Shown: positions 10,966 through 21,153 of the stretch, piece after piece
Layout of the letters: each line of letters begins with the position of its first letter
How positions within the stretch are numbered: the first letter of the stretch is position 1
Source: an uncultured bacterium
GTDB taxonomy: Bacteria > Fidelibacterota > Marinisomatia > Marinisomatales > UBA1611
Direction: 5' to 3'
Length of the DNA stretch: 64,000 bases
NCBI GenBank assembly: GCA_965660855.1
Contig: CBFIBM010000003.1
Coordinates: 1-64,000, forward strand
The notes under the pieces: model-generated
What the model was told of the DNA's origin: nothing
What the model saw: only the letters and a program-made list of their open reading frames with translations
The model's database searches: none
Translations under genes and position numbers: made by a program

Positions 10966-11631
10966 ATGAATTGGTATCTAATATTAGATTTTGATAGTAC
11001 AATAATAACAAAAGAATCATTAGACTTTTTATCTGAGATTGCTTTAGAAAATGAGAAAAATAAAGATTTTTTATTATCCAAGATAATTGAATTAACAGAA
11101 AAAGGAATGGATGGAACAATCTCATTTCAAGACTCAATAAATGAAAGATTAAAAAATATTCATATTACAAAAGATCATATCAAAATATTAAATAGAAAAT
11201 TAAAAGACCATATAACACCAACATTTCAAAGCAACATGAGGTGGTTGAAAAAATATTCGAGGCGTATTTATATAATTTCAGGGGGATTTAAAGAAATGAT
11301 TATTCCAATTACCGATAAACTTAATATCCCTCGTGAACATATTTTTGCTAATGATTTTGTTTTTAATAAAGATGGAATTGTAATGGGGTTAGATAAAAAT
11401 AATCCATTAAGCAGGTCCGGTGGAAAAGTCAAAAAAGCAGAGGAATTAAATTTGGATGGCCAAATATTTATGGTTGGGGATGGTAGTACTGATGCTGAGA
11501 TGAAAAATCTTGGAGGGAAAGTTAATTTTATAGCATTTGTTGAAAATGTATATAGGGAAAAAGTTGTTTCTCAAGCTGATTACACTGCAAAAACATTTAA
11601 AGATGTAATTAATTTTATTCAAAGCTCTTAG
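10966..11631 (+). CDS. HAD-IB phosphatase, phosphoserine phosphatase-like
   Basis: DFDST motif I, ISGGF, K, VGDGSTD. Confidence 0.85.
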   Translation: MNWYLILDFDSTIITKESLDFLSEIALENEKNKDFLLSKIIELTEKGMDGTISFQDSINERLKNIHITKDHIKILNRKLKDHITPTFQSNMRWLKKYSRRIYIISGGFKEMIIPITDKLNIPREHIFANDFVFNKDGIVMGLDKNNPLSRSGGKVKKAEELNLDGQIFMVGDGSTDAEMKNLGGKVNFIAFVENVYREKVVSQADYTAKTFKDVINFIQSS

Positions 11632-11671
11632 GGAGTTAATTTTATTGTTATAAGTAAATAAGGTAGCCAAA

Positions 11672-12943
11672 ATGAGTTCGCTAAAAAATAGACTAAAAGA
11701 AAAAATACCAGTAGTTCAAAATGAAATAAGAGAATTGTTAAAAGAAAAAGGTGATATCAAAATTGGAGAAGTCACAGTAGCTCAGGCTTATTCTGGGATG
11801 AGAGGAGTTAAGGCTTTCGTTTGTGATACTTCATCAGTTTCAGCAGATAAAGGCCTTATTATAAGGGGTCTTCCCTTATTAGATATAACAAATATTTCAC
11901 CTGAAGAAGTCTTTTATTTGTTATTAACTGGCGAACTACCCACTTCCTCTCAAATTGAAAATCTTAAAGAAGAATTTGCATTACATTTAGAAATCCCTGA
12001 ATATGTGTGGGGAGTTCTTAATAGTTTACCAAAAGACAGTCATCCAATGACTATGTTTAATACTGGTATCCTTGCAATGCAAAGAGAGAGTGTATTCCAA
12101 AAAAGATATGATAAGGGTATGCAAAAGGATAAATACTGGGAAGGAATATTAGATGATGGAATTAGATTGCTTTCTAAATTACCAGCTCTTGGGGCTGGAA
12201 TATATAGATTGAAATTTGATAAAGGTCCAATTATTTCTCCAGATGCTAGTAAAGATTGGGCTGGTAATTTTGTTCATATGACTGGTCTCCCCGATAATGA
12301 TGGAAATTTCCATAAATTAATGCAATTATACTTTATGCTCCATTGTGATCACGAGGGTGGAAATGTCAGTGCTTTTGCATCTCATACTGTTGCTTCTGCT
12401 TTATCTGATCCTTATTATGCTGTTTCTGCAGGGTTAAATGGCCTGGCTGGACCGTTACATGGGCTTGCAAATCAGGAGTGCTTGAAGTTTGTGCTAGGTG
12501 TCCGAGATGAATTTAATGGACTTCCTAATAGAGACCAACTAAAGGACTATTGTTGGGATCGATTAAATAATGGAAGGGTTATTCCGGGTTATGGTCATGC
12601 AGTTTTACGCTGCCCAGACCCTAGGTTTTCTGCATTTGTTGATTTTGGTCAAAAACACATTGAAAATGATGATATTTTTGGAATAGTAGACCTCCTATTT
12701 AAAGTTGTTCCAGATGTCTTACAAGAACATGGTAAGGCAAAAAACCCATGGCCGAATGTTGATGCTGCGTCAGGGTCCTTACTTTACTATTATGGTTTAA
12801 AGGAATTTAATTTTTATACTGTTCTATTTAGTATTTCTCGTTCAATGGGGATGATTTCACAGATGGTATGGGAAAGAGCTCTCGGAATTCCAATCACTAG
12901 GCCTAAGTCGGTAACTACGGAATGGATAAAACATAATACATAA
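11672..12943 (+). CDS. gltA: Citrate (Si)-synthase, eukaryotic type
   Basis: GMRG, DHEGGNVSA, GLAGPLHGLANQE, IPGYGHAVLR, NPWPNVDA, RPKS. Confidence 0.92.
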   Translation: MSSLKNRLKEKIPVVQNEIRELLKEKGDIKIGEVTVAQAYSGMRGVKAFVCDTSSVSADKGLIIRGLPLLDITNISPEEVFYLLLTGELPTSSQIENLKEEFALHLEIPEYVWGVLNSLPKDSHPMTMFNTGILAMQRESVFQKRYDKGMQKDKYWEGILDDGIRLLSKLPALGAGIYRLKFDKGPIISPDASKDWAGNFVHMTGLPDNDGNFHKLMQLYFMLHCDHEGGNVSAFASHTVASALSDPYYAVSAGLNGLAGPLHGLANQECLKFVLGVRDEFNGLPNRDQLKDYCWDRLNNGRVIPGYGHAVLRCPDPRFSAFVDFGQKHIENDDIFGIVDLLFKVVPDVLQEHGKAKNPWPNVDAASGSLLYYYGLKEFNFYTVLFSISRSMGMISQMVWERALGIPITRPKSVTTEWIKHNT

Positions 12944-12954
12944 AATTAGATAAG

Positions 12955-15189
12955 ATGAAATTTATATACATTTGTTTTTTTATCATCAATTTTAGTTTTT
13001 CAAGAGAAAAATACCAATCCGTACGTCTATTAAAACCAAGTATTGAAAAATTAGAAAAAATTTCCATGTTAGGAATACCTTTAGACCACTCCACCGGTAA
13101 AAAAGGATTTTACATTGATTTTGTAGCAAACTCAAAGGAAGTAAGTAAATTAAAATATTTTGATATTGATGTTGAAATTTTAATTTCAGACTTAACTCAT
13201 TATTACAAATCAAGAAATATTCCTGAAAATGAGCGAGACTTCCCTTTAGGTTCAATGCAGGGTAATTACACATTAGCGGAGTTAAATAATCGTTTTGATG
13301 AATTAAAAAATTTGTATCCAGAATTTATATCTGAAAAATTAATTTTAGGTCAATCATATGAAGGCAGAGATATTTGGGCTTTTAAAGTTTCTGATAATCC
13401 CAATATTAATGAAGATGAACCACAAGTTCTTTTTACAGGCTTAACTCATGCTCGTGAACCATTGAGCATGATGAATCTTTTTTATTTTGTTCAGAAACTA
13501 CTTGAGCAAAATGAATCGGATCTTGAGTCTAATTTTATAGTAAACAACCGTGAATTATGGTTTATCCCAGTTATTAATCCAGATGGTTATGCATATAACC
13601 AGTTTATTGAGCCAGATGGCGGAGGAATGCATAGGAAAAATCGATTTGATAATGGATGTGGAAATGGTACTGGTAGAGGAGTTGATCTTAATAGAAACTT
13701 TGGATATGGCTGGGGAAGTAATAACTCTGGTTCTTCTCCAGATGAATGCTCTGATATATATCGTGGTGAGTCGGCATTTTCAGAAATTGAAACTCAACTC
13801 ATAAGAGATTTTATTCTGGATAATCAATTTAAAAATATTTTACATTATCATTCGTATTCAAATGTTTACATACACGCATTTGGAGATGGTTCAGTTCCAA
13901 ATGAGCCAGAATTAACTACACTAACTGATATTGGTAATGAAATGGCTAAGTTTAATGGGTATAGTATTGGTACGGGTAGTGAGGTGATTGGATACACTGT
14001 TAATGGAGATGCTATTGACTGGACTTTCGGTGAACAAGGAATTATATCATTTACTCCTGAAATTGGTACTCCAAGTCAAGGGTTTTGGCCATCTGAAGAT
14101 GAAATAATTGATTTGTGTGAAGATCAATTCTATGCAAATAAAATTTTTTCTTTAACAGCAGGAGCAGATATCGTCTTGAAATCTTATAATATTTCAGAAG
14201 ATATGATTTTTGGAGGTCAAGATGAAGTTGAGGTCGAAATTATAATTGAGAATAGAGGTTTAAGTGATCTAAGTAGCGATCTGAATATTTCATTTTCTCC
14301 ATTAAATACATGGATTAATATTACTTCAGAGCCTATAGTTTATGAAGGACTTCAATCTAGAAGTAGCGAGCTTTTTACAGTAATATTTTCGATAAATGAG
14401 AATGCTCCACAAGGTGTAAGCTCTGGAATTGTGTTAAATATAGATTCTGAAAATATTTTCTCAAGAATAGCTACTGTTAATTTTACTATCGGTGAAAGTG
14501 AGGTGATTTTTAGCGATAACTTTGAAGAAGGCTTTGATTTTTGGACTCTTGATGATAATTGGGGACTTTCTAACGAGTCAAGTTCCGGACAATATTCTTT
14601 ATCTGACAGCCCAGAAACAGAATATGCAGCAAATCAGATATCAGTTGCTGAAATAAATAGAGATTTTAATTTCTCATTTTTTTCAGATTTACAGGTAAAA
14701 TTTAAATTAAAATGGGATATTGAGCTTAATTATGACTTTGTACGGTTTCAGGGTTATAGTCCGGTTGAAGGTTGGGTAAGTCTTAATGGTGCCTTCACCT
14801 CGAATGGGTCAGGAAACCCAGCTCAGCCAATTGGAGAACCTGGCTATGATGGGTTACAAGACTTATGGGTTGACGAAGTAATTTATCTAAATCAAGAAAG
14901 CCAAGCTACTTTTACGAGATTTCGTTTTATCCAAACTTCAGATCAGTTTGTTGAAGGAGAAGGATTTTTTATTGATGATATTATGATCACTGGCTTTCCT
15001 CAGGGACAGTTAGGTGACTTTAATTCAGATAATAGAGTTGATATATTCGATTTACTATTACTATCAGATTTATTATTATTTGGATCTAACCCCAACGAGG
15101 CTCAATTATTCTATTGTGATTTAGATAGAAATGGTTATTTAGACATAATGGATATCATTCTTTTAACCAATAAGATTTTGAACTTTTAA
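12955..15189 (+). CDS. Secreted M14 zinc carboxypeptidase (carboxypeptidase T-like) with C-terminal dockerin-like domain
   Basis: Signal peptide; HARE, NPDG, RKNR, GVDLNRNF, HSY, TPE; C-terminal GDFNSDNRVDIFD...DLDRNGYLDIMD. Confidence 0.88.
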   Translation: MKFIYICFFIINFSFSREKYQSVRLLKPSIEKLEKISMLGIPLDHSTGKKGFYIDFVANSKEVSKLKYFDIDVEILISDLTHYYKSRNIPENERDFPLGSMQGNYTLAELNNRFDELKNLYPEFISEKLILGQSYEGRDIWAFKVSDNPNINEDEPQVLFTGLTHAREPLSMMNLFYFVQKLLEQNESDLESNFIVNNRELWFIPVINPDGYAYNQFIEPDGGGMHRKNRFDNGCGNGTGRGVDLNRNFGYGWGSNNSGSSPDECSDIYRGESAFSEIETQLIRDFILDNQFKNILHYHSYSNVYIHAFGDGSVPNEPELTTLTDIGNEMAKFNGYSIGTGSEVIGYTVNGDAIDWTFGEQGIISFTPEIGTPSQGFWPSEDEIIDLCEDQFYANKIFSLTAGADIVLKSYNISEDMIFGGQDEVEVEIIIENRGLSDLSSDLNISFSPLNTWINITSEPIVYEGLQSRSSELFTVIFSINENAPQGVSSGIVLNIDSENIFSRIATVNFTIGESEVIFSDNFEEGFDFWTLDDNWGLSNESSSGQYSLSDSPETEYAANQISVAEINRDFNFSFFSDLQVKFKLKWDIELNYDFVRFQGYSPVEGWVSLNGAFTSNGSGNPAQPIGEPGYDGLQDLWVDEVIYLNQESQATFTRFRFIQTSDQFVEGEGFFIDDIMITGFPQGQLGDFNSDNRVDIFDLLLLSDLLLFGSNPNEAQLFYCDLDRNGYLDIMDIILLTNKILNF

Positions 15190-16836
15190 ATGTATTTACC
15201 ATTAGTTTTTATTGTGGGATTTCTTTTTGGTGGGCAGAAATTTGATTCAAATAAATTAGAGTTTGCAAAGAGAGGAGATGAATATAGAATTTGGTTATTT
15301 TTTACGGATAAAAATAATTCATCTCTTCACCATATAACTGAAAAAGCTAAGGACAGACGTAATAAAGTTAAGAAAGCTGAAAAATCTGTTTGGTATGATC
15401 AAAATGTATCTGATGAATATGTTAATCATTTAAAAAGATTGGGTTTTAGAATTTTAAATAAAAGTAGATGGCTTAATGCAGTTGCTATTAATTGTCAATA
15501 CAAGGATTTTGATATATTGAATTCACTCACTTACATAGAAAAAATTGAACCAGTTATGTTGGCAAAAAAAAAAAAATATGAAAAATTAAGTAAGTCCGAA
15601 GAAAATAATAGAACTTTTCTTTATGGTGGTTCACAGGATCAAATGGAGCAGATAAATGCTATCAATGCCCACAATCTTGGTTACTACGGACAGGGTGTAA
15701 GAATACTTTATATTGATACTGGGTTTGATTTAAGCCATGAAGCTTTTGATTCAATTCGAGTAATTAATCAGTTTGACTTTATAAATAATGACAGTATCAC
15801 CGCAAATCAGACAGAGGAAGAATTTCAAAATAACCAGGATGAACACGGCTCGATTTGTTTAAGTGTTCTATCGGGTTTTAAAGAAGGACAATTAATTGGA
15901 CCTGCATTTAAGTCAGAGTATTTATTAGCTAAAACTGAAATTGTAGATCAAGAAATCCAGCAAGAAGAAGATAATTATATAGCAGCTTTAGAATGGGGTG
16001 AATCCTTAGGCGCAGACATAGCTTGTGCCAGTTTAGGTTATTTAGATTGGTATAATTATGAGGATCTAGATGGAAATACTGCTCAAACTACAATAGCCGT
16101 AGATATTGCTTCTAGTCTTGGAGTACTTTGTGTTAATTCTGCAGGAAATAGTGGAAATAATGACTGGTATTATATAATTACTCCTGCTGATGCTGACTCC
16201 GTATTATCTGTTGGTTCTGTTGATGCAAATGGTGTCATATCCTCATTTAGTTCCCATGGTCCTACATATGATGGAAGGATTAAACCTGAGATTTGTGCTA
16301 TGGGTTCTTCTACCTTTTGTATAAGACCCGGAACAGACTCAGAATACAGGACTGCAAGTGGGACATCACTTTCTGCTCCATTAGCTGCTGGTGCTGCAGC
16401 AATTGTATTATCTGCAAATTTGCAATGGAGTGGGATGGAGGTAAGAGAAGCAATTATAGAAACAGCATCGATGGCTGAATTACCAAATAATGACTATGGA
16501 TATGGTATCATAAACACTATCAATGCTATAGATTATGATAATCAATTAAAATTAAATGAAATAGATTATCTGCCTACTAATTTTGATTTTTCTATTTTTC
16601 CGAACCCCTTCAATTCCTCTATTAAAATACATATATCTGGCGATAAAATAAATTTTCTTGAAATTAGTATTTTTAATATAAATGGTGTTTTGATAAAAAA
16701 TATTCATAAAAATAATTTTTTGGAAAGCTCTTTTTTACTAGATTGGGACTCGATGAAAAACGGAAGTGGTGTTTATTTTTTACGTATTAACGCTGATAAT
16801 ACGATTATCCATAAAAAGATCTCATATATCAAATAA
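15190..16836 (+). CDS. S8 subtilisin-like peptidase with T9SS-type C-terminal sorting domain
   Basis: Catalytic triad DTG, HGS, GTSLSAP; SAGN; FPNPFN...SGVYF. Confidence 0.9.
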   Translation: MYLPLVFIVGFLFGGQKFDSNKLEFAKRGDEYRIWLFFTDKNNSSLHHITEKAKDRRNKVKKAEKSVWYDQNVSDEYVNHLKRLGFRILNKSRWLNAVAINCQYKDFDILNSLTYIEKIEPVMLAKKKKYEKLSKSEENNRTFLYGGSQDQMEQINAINAHNLGYYGQGVRILYIDTGFDLSHEAFDSIRVINQFDFINNDSITANQTEEEFQNNQDEHGSICLSVLSGFKEGQLIGPAFKSEYLLAKTEIVDQEIQQEEDNYIAALEWGESLGADIACASLGYLDWYNYEDLDGNTAQTTIAVDIASSLGVLCVNSAGNSGNNDWYYIITPADADSVLSVGSVDANGVISSFSSHGPTYDGRIKPEICAMGSSTFCIRPGTDSEYRTASGTSLSAPLAAGAAAIVLSANLQWSGMEVREAIIETASMAELPNNDYGYGIINTINAIDYDNQLKLNEIDYLPTNFDFSIFPNPFNSSIKIHISGDKINFLEISIFNINGVLIKNIHKNNFLESSFLLDWDSMKNGSGVYFLRINADNTIIHKKISYIK

Positions 16837-16907
16837 AGAAAGTTAAGGATTTTCTTGCCTAGGCTATAAAATTCAACCAAATTCTATCTATTACATTATT
16901 AAACATA

Positions 16908-18665
16908 ATGAAAATCAAATTAACAATAAGAATAACGGAGATAGTGCTTCTTTTAAGCATTGCTTTTACTAGAAATATTGAGAGTGATCTACCTATAGAT
17001 TTATCCGTTTATGATGGGCAAGGTGGTCTTTTAATTGATTGGAATTTTGATGAAGAAATAATTATTGATTCAGTTAAAATCTCTTCAAAAAAAATTGGCG
17101 ATACATCTTTTAAAATTGTGGAAGAAATTAATATAAATAAAGGAAGATATTTAGATCGGTTTTGTGAGCCAAATGAACGTTACTATTATAAAATAGAAAT
17201 CATTGATCAGGATGGTAAAAGTTACACTAGTGATTTAAATAGACCTTCCTTTGGAACATGTTTAGAGTTCGATAATTCAACTCTAGATAATTTAGAATTT
17301 AAAACATTAGAAAGCGGTGTAATTTATGATATCTTGAAAAATAGTGATCTGTCTATTGATAATTTAAATGTAAATGATCTATTTAATTTTTTACAAAGAG
17401 ATTCAGAAAAAGATATAGCCGATTGGATTGAAAATTTCCCATTAAATATTCTTCAAAAAGGTGGAGAGATTATAAATAAGTTGAATTTTTTGATTGAAGA
17501 AAATTATTTTATAAATAAATCATCTTATTATGAATCTTTATTCAGAAATATGATGTTAATAACTCCTAGTGAATGGGATGAAGTTTTTTCTGAAGTAATA
17601 AACAATATAAAAGAAGACTGGAGCTCACTCGCTAAAAATCACTTAACTGCAATTAACTATTTAGAAGCGATTGAGCCTCTAAGAGTTACAGCTGTTTATA
17701 ATGATGAATATAATCAAAGGATTCTAAATTTATATTTTTTTCATCCTGAAGTATTTTTTAATAAAGAATTGTTATTATTGAATAATAACGAATACATAAA
17801 GGTAAATGTTTCAGAGGTTTCGACCTTAAGAAATCAAAAAATTGTAATTCCTGAATATTGGAGTAATGTAAGCTTAATGATGGATGATACATTGATAAAT
17901 AAATATGACATCATAAAAAATAAGAATATTCTATATACTTTGAATAATGATATGATACCTTTGGAAAATGTAAAAGCTCCATACATAAAATTAAAAAAAC
18001 AGAATTCTGAATTATGGTTAAATGAAATTCAATGGAATCATTTTAGTAGAGTTTTAGATCTAGAATTAGCAAAAAAAATAGAACCAATCCATAAATATTT
18101 AATTTTATCATCTTCAGAAATTATTTGGGAAGTAAGTAAAGAAGAATTAAACGAAAAAGATTTTATTGATTCAACTTTTTCTATTAAAAATTTAAACCAA
18201 AATATCATTTCAATTAGTGTTTTGCAAAAGGATGAATATAAAGACATTGAATATTTCGTACTGGGTTCTCATTCATTTCTCAAGGCACTTAGTAAAGATT
18301 TTATATGGAAAGATATAACAGATCATTCATTTGGTAGTGAAAATAAAATACCTAATTTGAATTATGATGCAAGTTTACTCCCTGAACTTTTTGTATTATA
18401 TCAAAATTACCCCAATCCTTTTAACGGTGAGACTAGAATTTCTTTTGACTTAATTAATGAGGCAATCGTTAGTTTATTTATCTCCGATGCAAAAGGTAGA
18501 ATACATGAAATTTTTTTAGATAAGGAATTTATAAATTCTGGTTCTTATCGCTTTACATGGAATGGAGGAAAAAACTCAACAGGTGTTTATTTCATTACAA
18601 TACAAGCTCAAGTTAATCAAATGGCACCTGCTATTTTTAGTAGGAAAATGATATATCTAAAATAA
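16908..18665 (+). CDS. Secreted protein with N-terminal FN3-like region and T9SS-type C-terminal domain
   Basis: Signal peptide; YLD...YYYKI; LYQNYPNPFN...WNG...STGVYF. Confidence 0.7.
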   Translation: MKIKLTIRITEIVLLLSIAFTRNIESDLPIDLSVYDGQGGLLIDWNFDEEIIIDSVKISSKKIGDTSFKIVEEININKGRYLDRFCEPNERYYYKIEIIDQDGKSYTSDLNRPSFGTCLEFDNSTLDNLEFKTLESGVIYDILKNSDLSIDNLNVNDLFNFLQRDSEKDIADWIENFPLNILQKGGEIINKLNFLIEENYFINKSSYYESLFRNMMLITPSEWDEVFSEVINNIKEDWSSLAKNHLTAINYLEAIEPLRVTAVYNDEYNQRILNLYFFHPEVFFNKELLLLNNNEYIKVNVSEVSTLRNQKIVIPEYWSNVSLMMDDTLINKYDIIKNKNILYTLNNDMIPLENVKAPYIKLKKQNSELWLNEIQWNHFSRVLDLELAKKIEPIHKYLILSSSEIIWEVSKEELNEKDFIDSTFSIKNLNQNIISISVLQKDEYKDIEYFVLGSHSFLKALSKDFIWKDITDHSFGSENKIPNLNYDASLLPELFVLYQNYPNPFNGETRISFDLINEAIVSLFISDAKGRIHEIFLDKEFINSGSYRFTWNGGKNSTGVYFITIQAQVNQMAPAIFSRKMIYLK

Positions 18666-18724
18666 ATATTCCATTTTTTTTCCATTTTAAACTTTACAAT
18701 CTTAGCTGTATTTTCAAAGTATAT

Positions 18725-19375
18725 ATGAGTATTTACAAGTTAACCTTACTCTGCATCATATTATCCTTTATTTTTTCAGGATGTGCCTCACATGCTCCAG
18801 TTTCTCCTCAAACACCAAAAAAAGGAGAAACAAATATGGGTTTTTCTTTTTCAGCTGAAAATGTTATACCTGTTATTTGGTGGAGATATGGATTAAATAA
18901 ATATACAGATATTGGATATAGATTAGGTATTCCGTTATCTGGATCAGGGTTTGATGTAAATAGAGTTTTAATGAAAAAAGAATATAGTTGGGATGTTTTA
19001 AATACCTCATATAATTTTTCACCAAATTCAAGTTTTGATTTTACTTACTACAAGTTTAAAGGTTACAAAAGAAGAGGGCAATATTCGCCTTTTAGAATTA
19101 AGTGGTATGGAATAAGAAGCATGATAATACCTCAAGGTAGGTACAAAAATCGTCCGGATAATGATAACCAGAGTATTCGCTTTGGTTTATTATTTGGCCG
19201 GAGATTGAACCCTCGATGGGGTTTCGAAACTGGATATTTCCATGATTTAAAAGCGGGTTTTGACCCAAAAAATAAAGATTATCCGCATAAATATAAAAAT
19301 TGGCCTACACAATTTTCAAGAGGTGCAGGCCTTTCATTCCAAGTATTTCTTTATATGGAGAAAAAAAATAAATAG
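18725..19375 (+). CDS. Hypothetical lipoprotein
   Basis: Lipobox FSGC; aromatic/Gly-rich amphipathic strands. Confidence 0.65.
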   Translation: MSIYKLTLLCIILSFIFSGCASHAPVSPQTPKKGETNMGFSFSAENVIPVIWWRYGLNKYTDIGYRLGIPLSGSGFDVNRVLMKKEYSWDVLNTSYNFSPNSSFDFTYYKFKGYKRRGQYSPFRIKWYGIRSMIIPQGRYKNRPDNDNQSIRFGLLFGRRLNPRWGFETGYFHDLKAGFDPKNKDYPHKYKNWPTQFSRGAGLSFQVFLYMEKKNK

Positions 19376-19388
19376 ATTGGTTTAATTA

Positions 19389-20354
19389 ATGATTGAAAAA
19401 TCATTTAGAGAATTATTTTTCAATAGAGATATCAAAAGTTGTTCAAGGTTTATTGATAATCAATCAACAACTTCAGATCTCATTAAAATAATTAATGATC
19501 TCATTTACATTAGTGCTTCATTGGATGTTGTTTCAGATATAAGTATACATCCAATTTCAATTACAAACTCCATCAAAAATTTTATCTCAGATAATCGTAG
19601 TAAGCCATCAAAGTTGTTACTTAACTATGCTTTAAATTATTTGAGCCATTTTAATATAAGAGATGATGAAGATTTTCTTAATGATGTATCCCGTTCAGGA
19701 CTTGGAGAAATTATTTTTGCTGGAGATCTAGAAGACTTATGTCAGAAAGGTAATTGGGATGAAGCTAAAATATTGACTGCAAAGTTGTTTTTAGCTTCAG
19801 ATCAATCAAGAGCCGTGATGGATACATTGGTTGAGCTAGCACTTCAAGATCCAAAAAAAAATATAATTTTTTCTTTTCATCTTTTGAGAGCTTACCAATT
19901 CCAAGAATTGAAAGAAGATAATTGGACTTTTATTCTTTGCTTATTTAATTATTTATCAGGTCAGCAATTACCTAAGCCACATAAAAATAAAAATATAGAT
20001 ATAGTAAAATTCAAAGATCAAATGCTTTTTCACTTAGATCCTTCCTTTCTTGCATCTTTGCTCAGAATATGGGAAGGAGATTATGTCAGAATAAGAGGGT
20101 ATAGACGAGAATTAAGTCATTGGATCAACCTAAGCATGAATATAAATAAACAAATTTTATTTACAGAAAGTGATAATTTATCCATAAAAAATTTTAATTT
20201 TATTGAATTAGCTGAAAAAATAGTTTTAGGAAATGGTGAAAATATTGAATCTGATTTGGTAATTTTAGAATCTTTGAGGTACTTATACAAAGAATATGAT
20301 GAAAAAAAGAACCTATATATAGTTTCTTTGATATCCAAATTATTAAAGAATTAA
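19389..20354 (+). CDS. Hypothetical protein, probably helical
   Basis: 321-aa ORF at operon-like spacing; no motif recognised. Confidence 0.6.
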   Translation: MIEKSFRELFFNRDIKSCSRFIDNQSTTSDLIKIINDLIYISASLDVVSDISIHPISITNSIKNFISDNRSKPSKLLLNYALNYLSHFNIRDDEDFLNDVSRSGLGEIIFAGDLEDLCQKGNWDEAKILTAKLFLASDQSRAVMDTLVELALQDPKKNIIFSFHLLRAYQFQELKEDNWTFILCLFNYLSGQQLPKPHKNKNIDIVKFKDQMLFHLDPSFLASLLRIWEGDYVRIRGYRRELSHWINLSMNINKQILFTESDNLSIKNFNFIELAEKIVLGNGENIESDLVILESLRYLYKEYDEKKNLYIVSLISKLLKN

Positions 20355-20408
20355 TATAGAAGTATTTTATAAATTGTAAATAAGATTAGAACATTTTAAT
20401 TAATTATA

Positions 20409-20765
20409 ATGAAACAAAAAGATTATATATTTCAAAAAGGGATGATGTATTATAAATCAAAAGAGTATTTTCAAGCACATGAAGAATGGGAAGATCTATG
20501 GTCAGACTATTATCTGGAGGATCGTAAATTTATTCAAGCACTGATTCAGTTAGCCGTTAGTTTTTATCACATAGAAAATGAAAATTTGAATGGAGCAAAA
20601 AGTCAGCTTAGAAAGTCAAGGGAAAAATTTTTAGATTTTAAAAATAGTCATAGAAATATTAATGTTAATAATCTCATTTGTCAAATCGATGCCGTTTCAG
20701 AAAATTATAATAATATCCAAAGTGCTAAAAATTTTGATTGGGATTTGGTGCCAACTTTAAATTAA
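20409..20765 (+). CDS. DUF309 family protein
   Basis: YFQAHEEWEDLW...IQALIQLAV..YH...N..GA pattern. Confidence 0.85.
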   Translation: MKQKDYIFQKGMMYYKSKEYFQAHEEWEDLWSDYYLEDRKFIQALIQLAVSFYHIENENLNGAKSQLRKSREKFLDFKNSHRNINVNNLICQIDAVSENYNNIQSAKNFDWDLVPTLN

Positions 20766-20767
20766 TT

Positions 20768-21130
20768 ATGTCAGAAATTTTATTATTTATTAAAGATTTT
20801 GAGTTAGGGTCCAAGGTATCATCTGCTTGTGTTGACAATGGGAGAGAAGTAGAATTCTCTGATGAAAATACGGATTCAAAAAACTTTTCCCCAAAATTGA
20901 AACTTGCATTTGTTGACATGGATGAAAAAGTTTTCTTATCTGTTGGCCTTGTCGCAGGCTTAAAGAGACATGATATCAAAATCATTGGTATTATGCAAAA
21001 AATTAGTAACCGTGAAAATAAAAAACTAAAGTTAGCTGGCTGTGATATTATAATACCAAAATCAAGTTTGTTGAAAAATATTCCAAGCCTTTTATCTGAA
21101 TTCATTAACAAAAAGATTGACCCAAAGTAA
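20768..21130 (+). CDS. Stand-alone atypical receiver (CheY-like) domain protein
   Basis: AFVDMD, IKIIG, AGCDIIIPKS; ATG 20768 preferred over the track start, which overlaps DUF309. Confidence 0.55.
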   Translation: MSEILLFIKDFELGSKVSSACVDNGREVEFSDENTDSKNFSPKLKLAFVDMDEKVFLSVGLVAGLKRHDIKIIGIMQKISNRENKKLKLAGCDIIIPKSSLLKNIPSLLSEFINKKIDPK

Positions 21131-21153
21131 TTAATTAAAAAGAAGAGGAATAT

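Noticed and set aside
15564..15576. A13 tract in the S8 peptidase as a phase-variation switch
   Set aside because: Frame is intact and long A runs are frequent in this AT-rich sequence; read-level evidence would be needed
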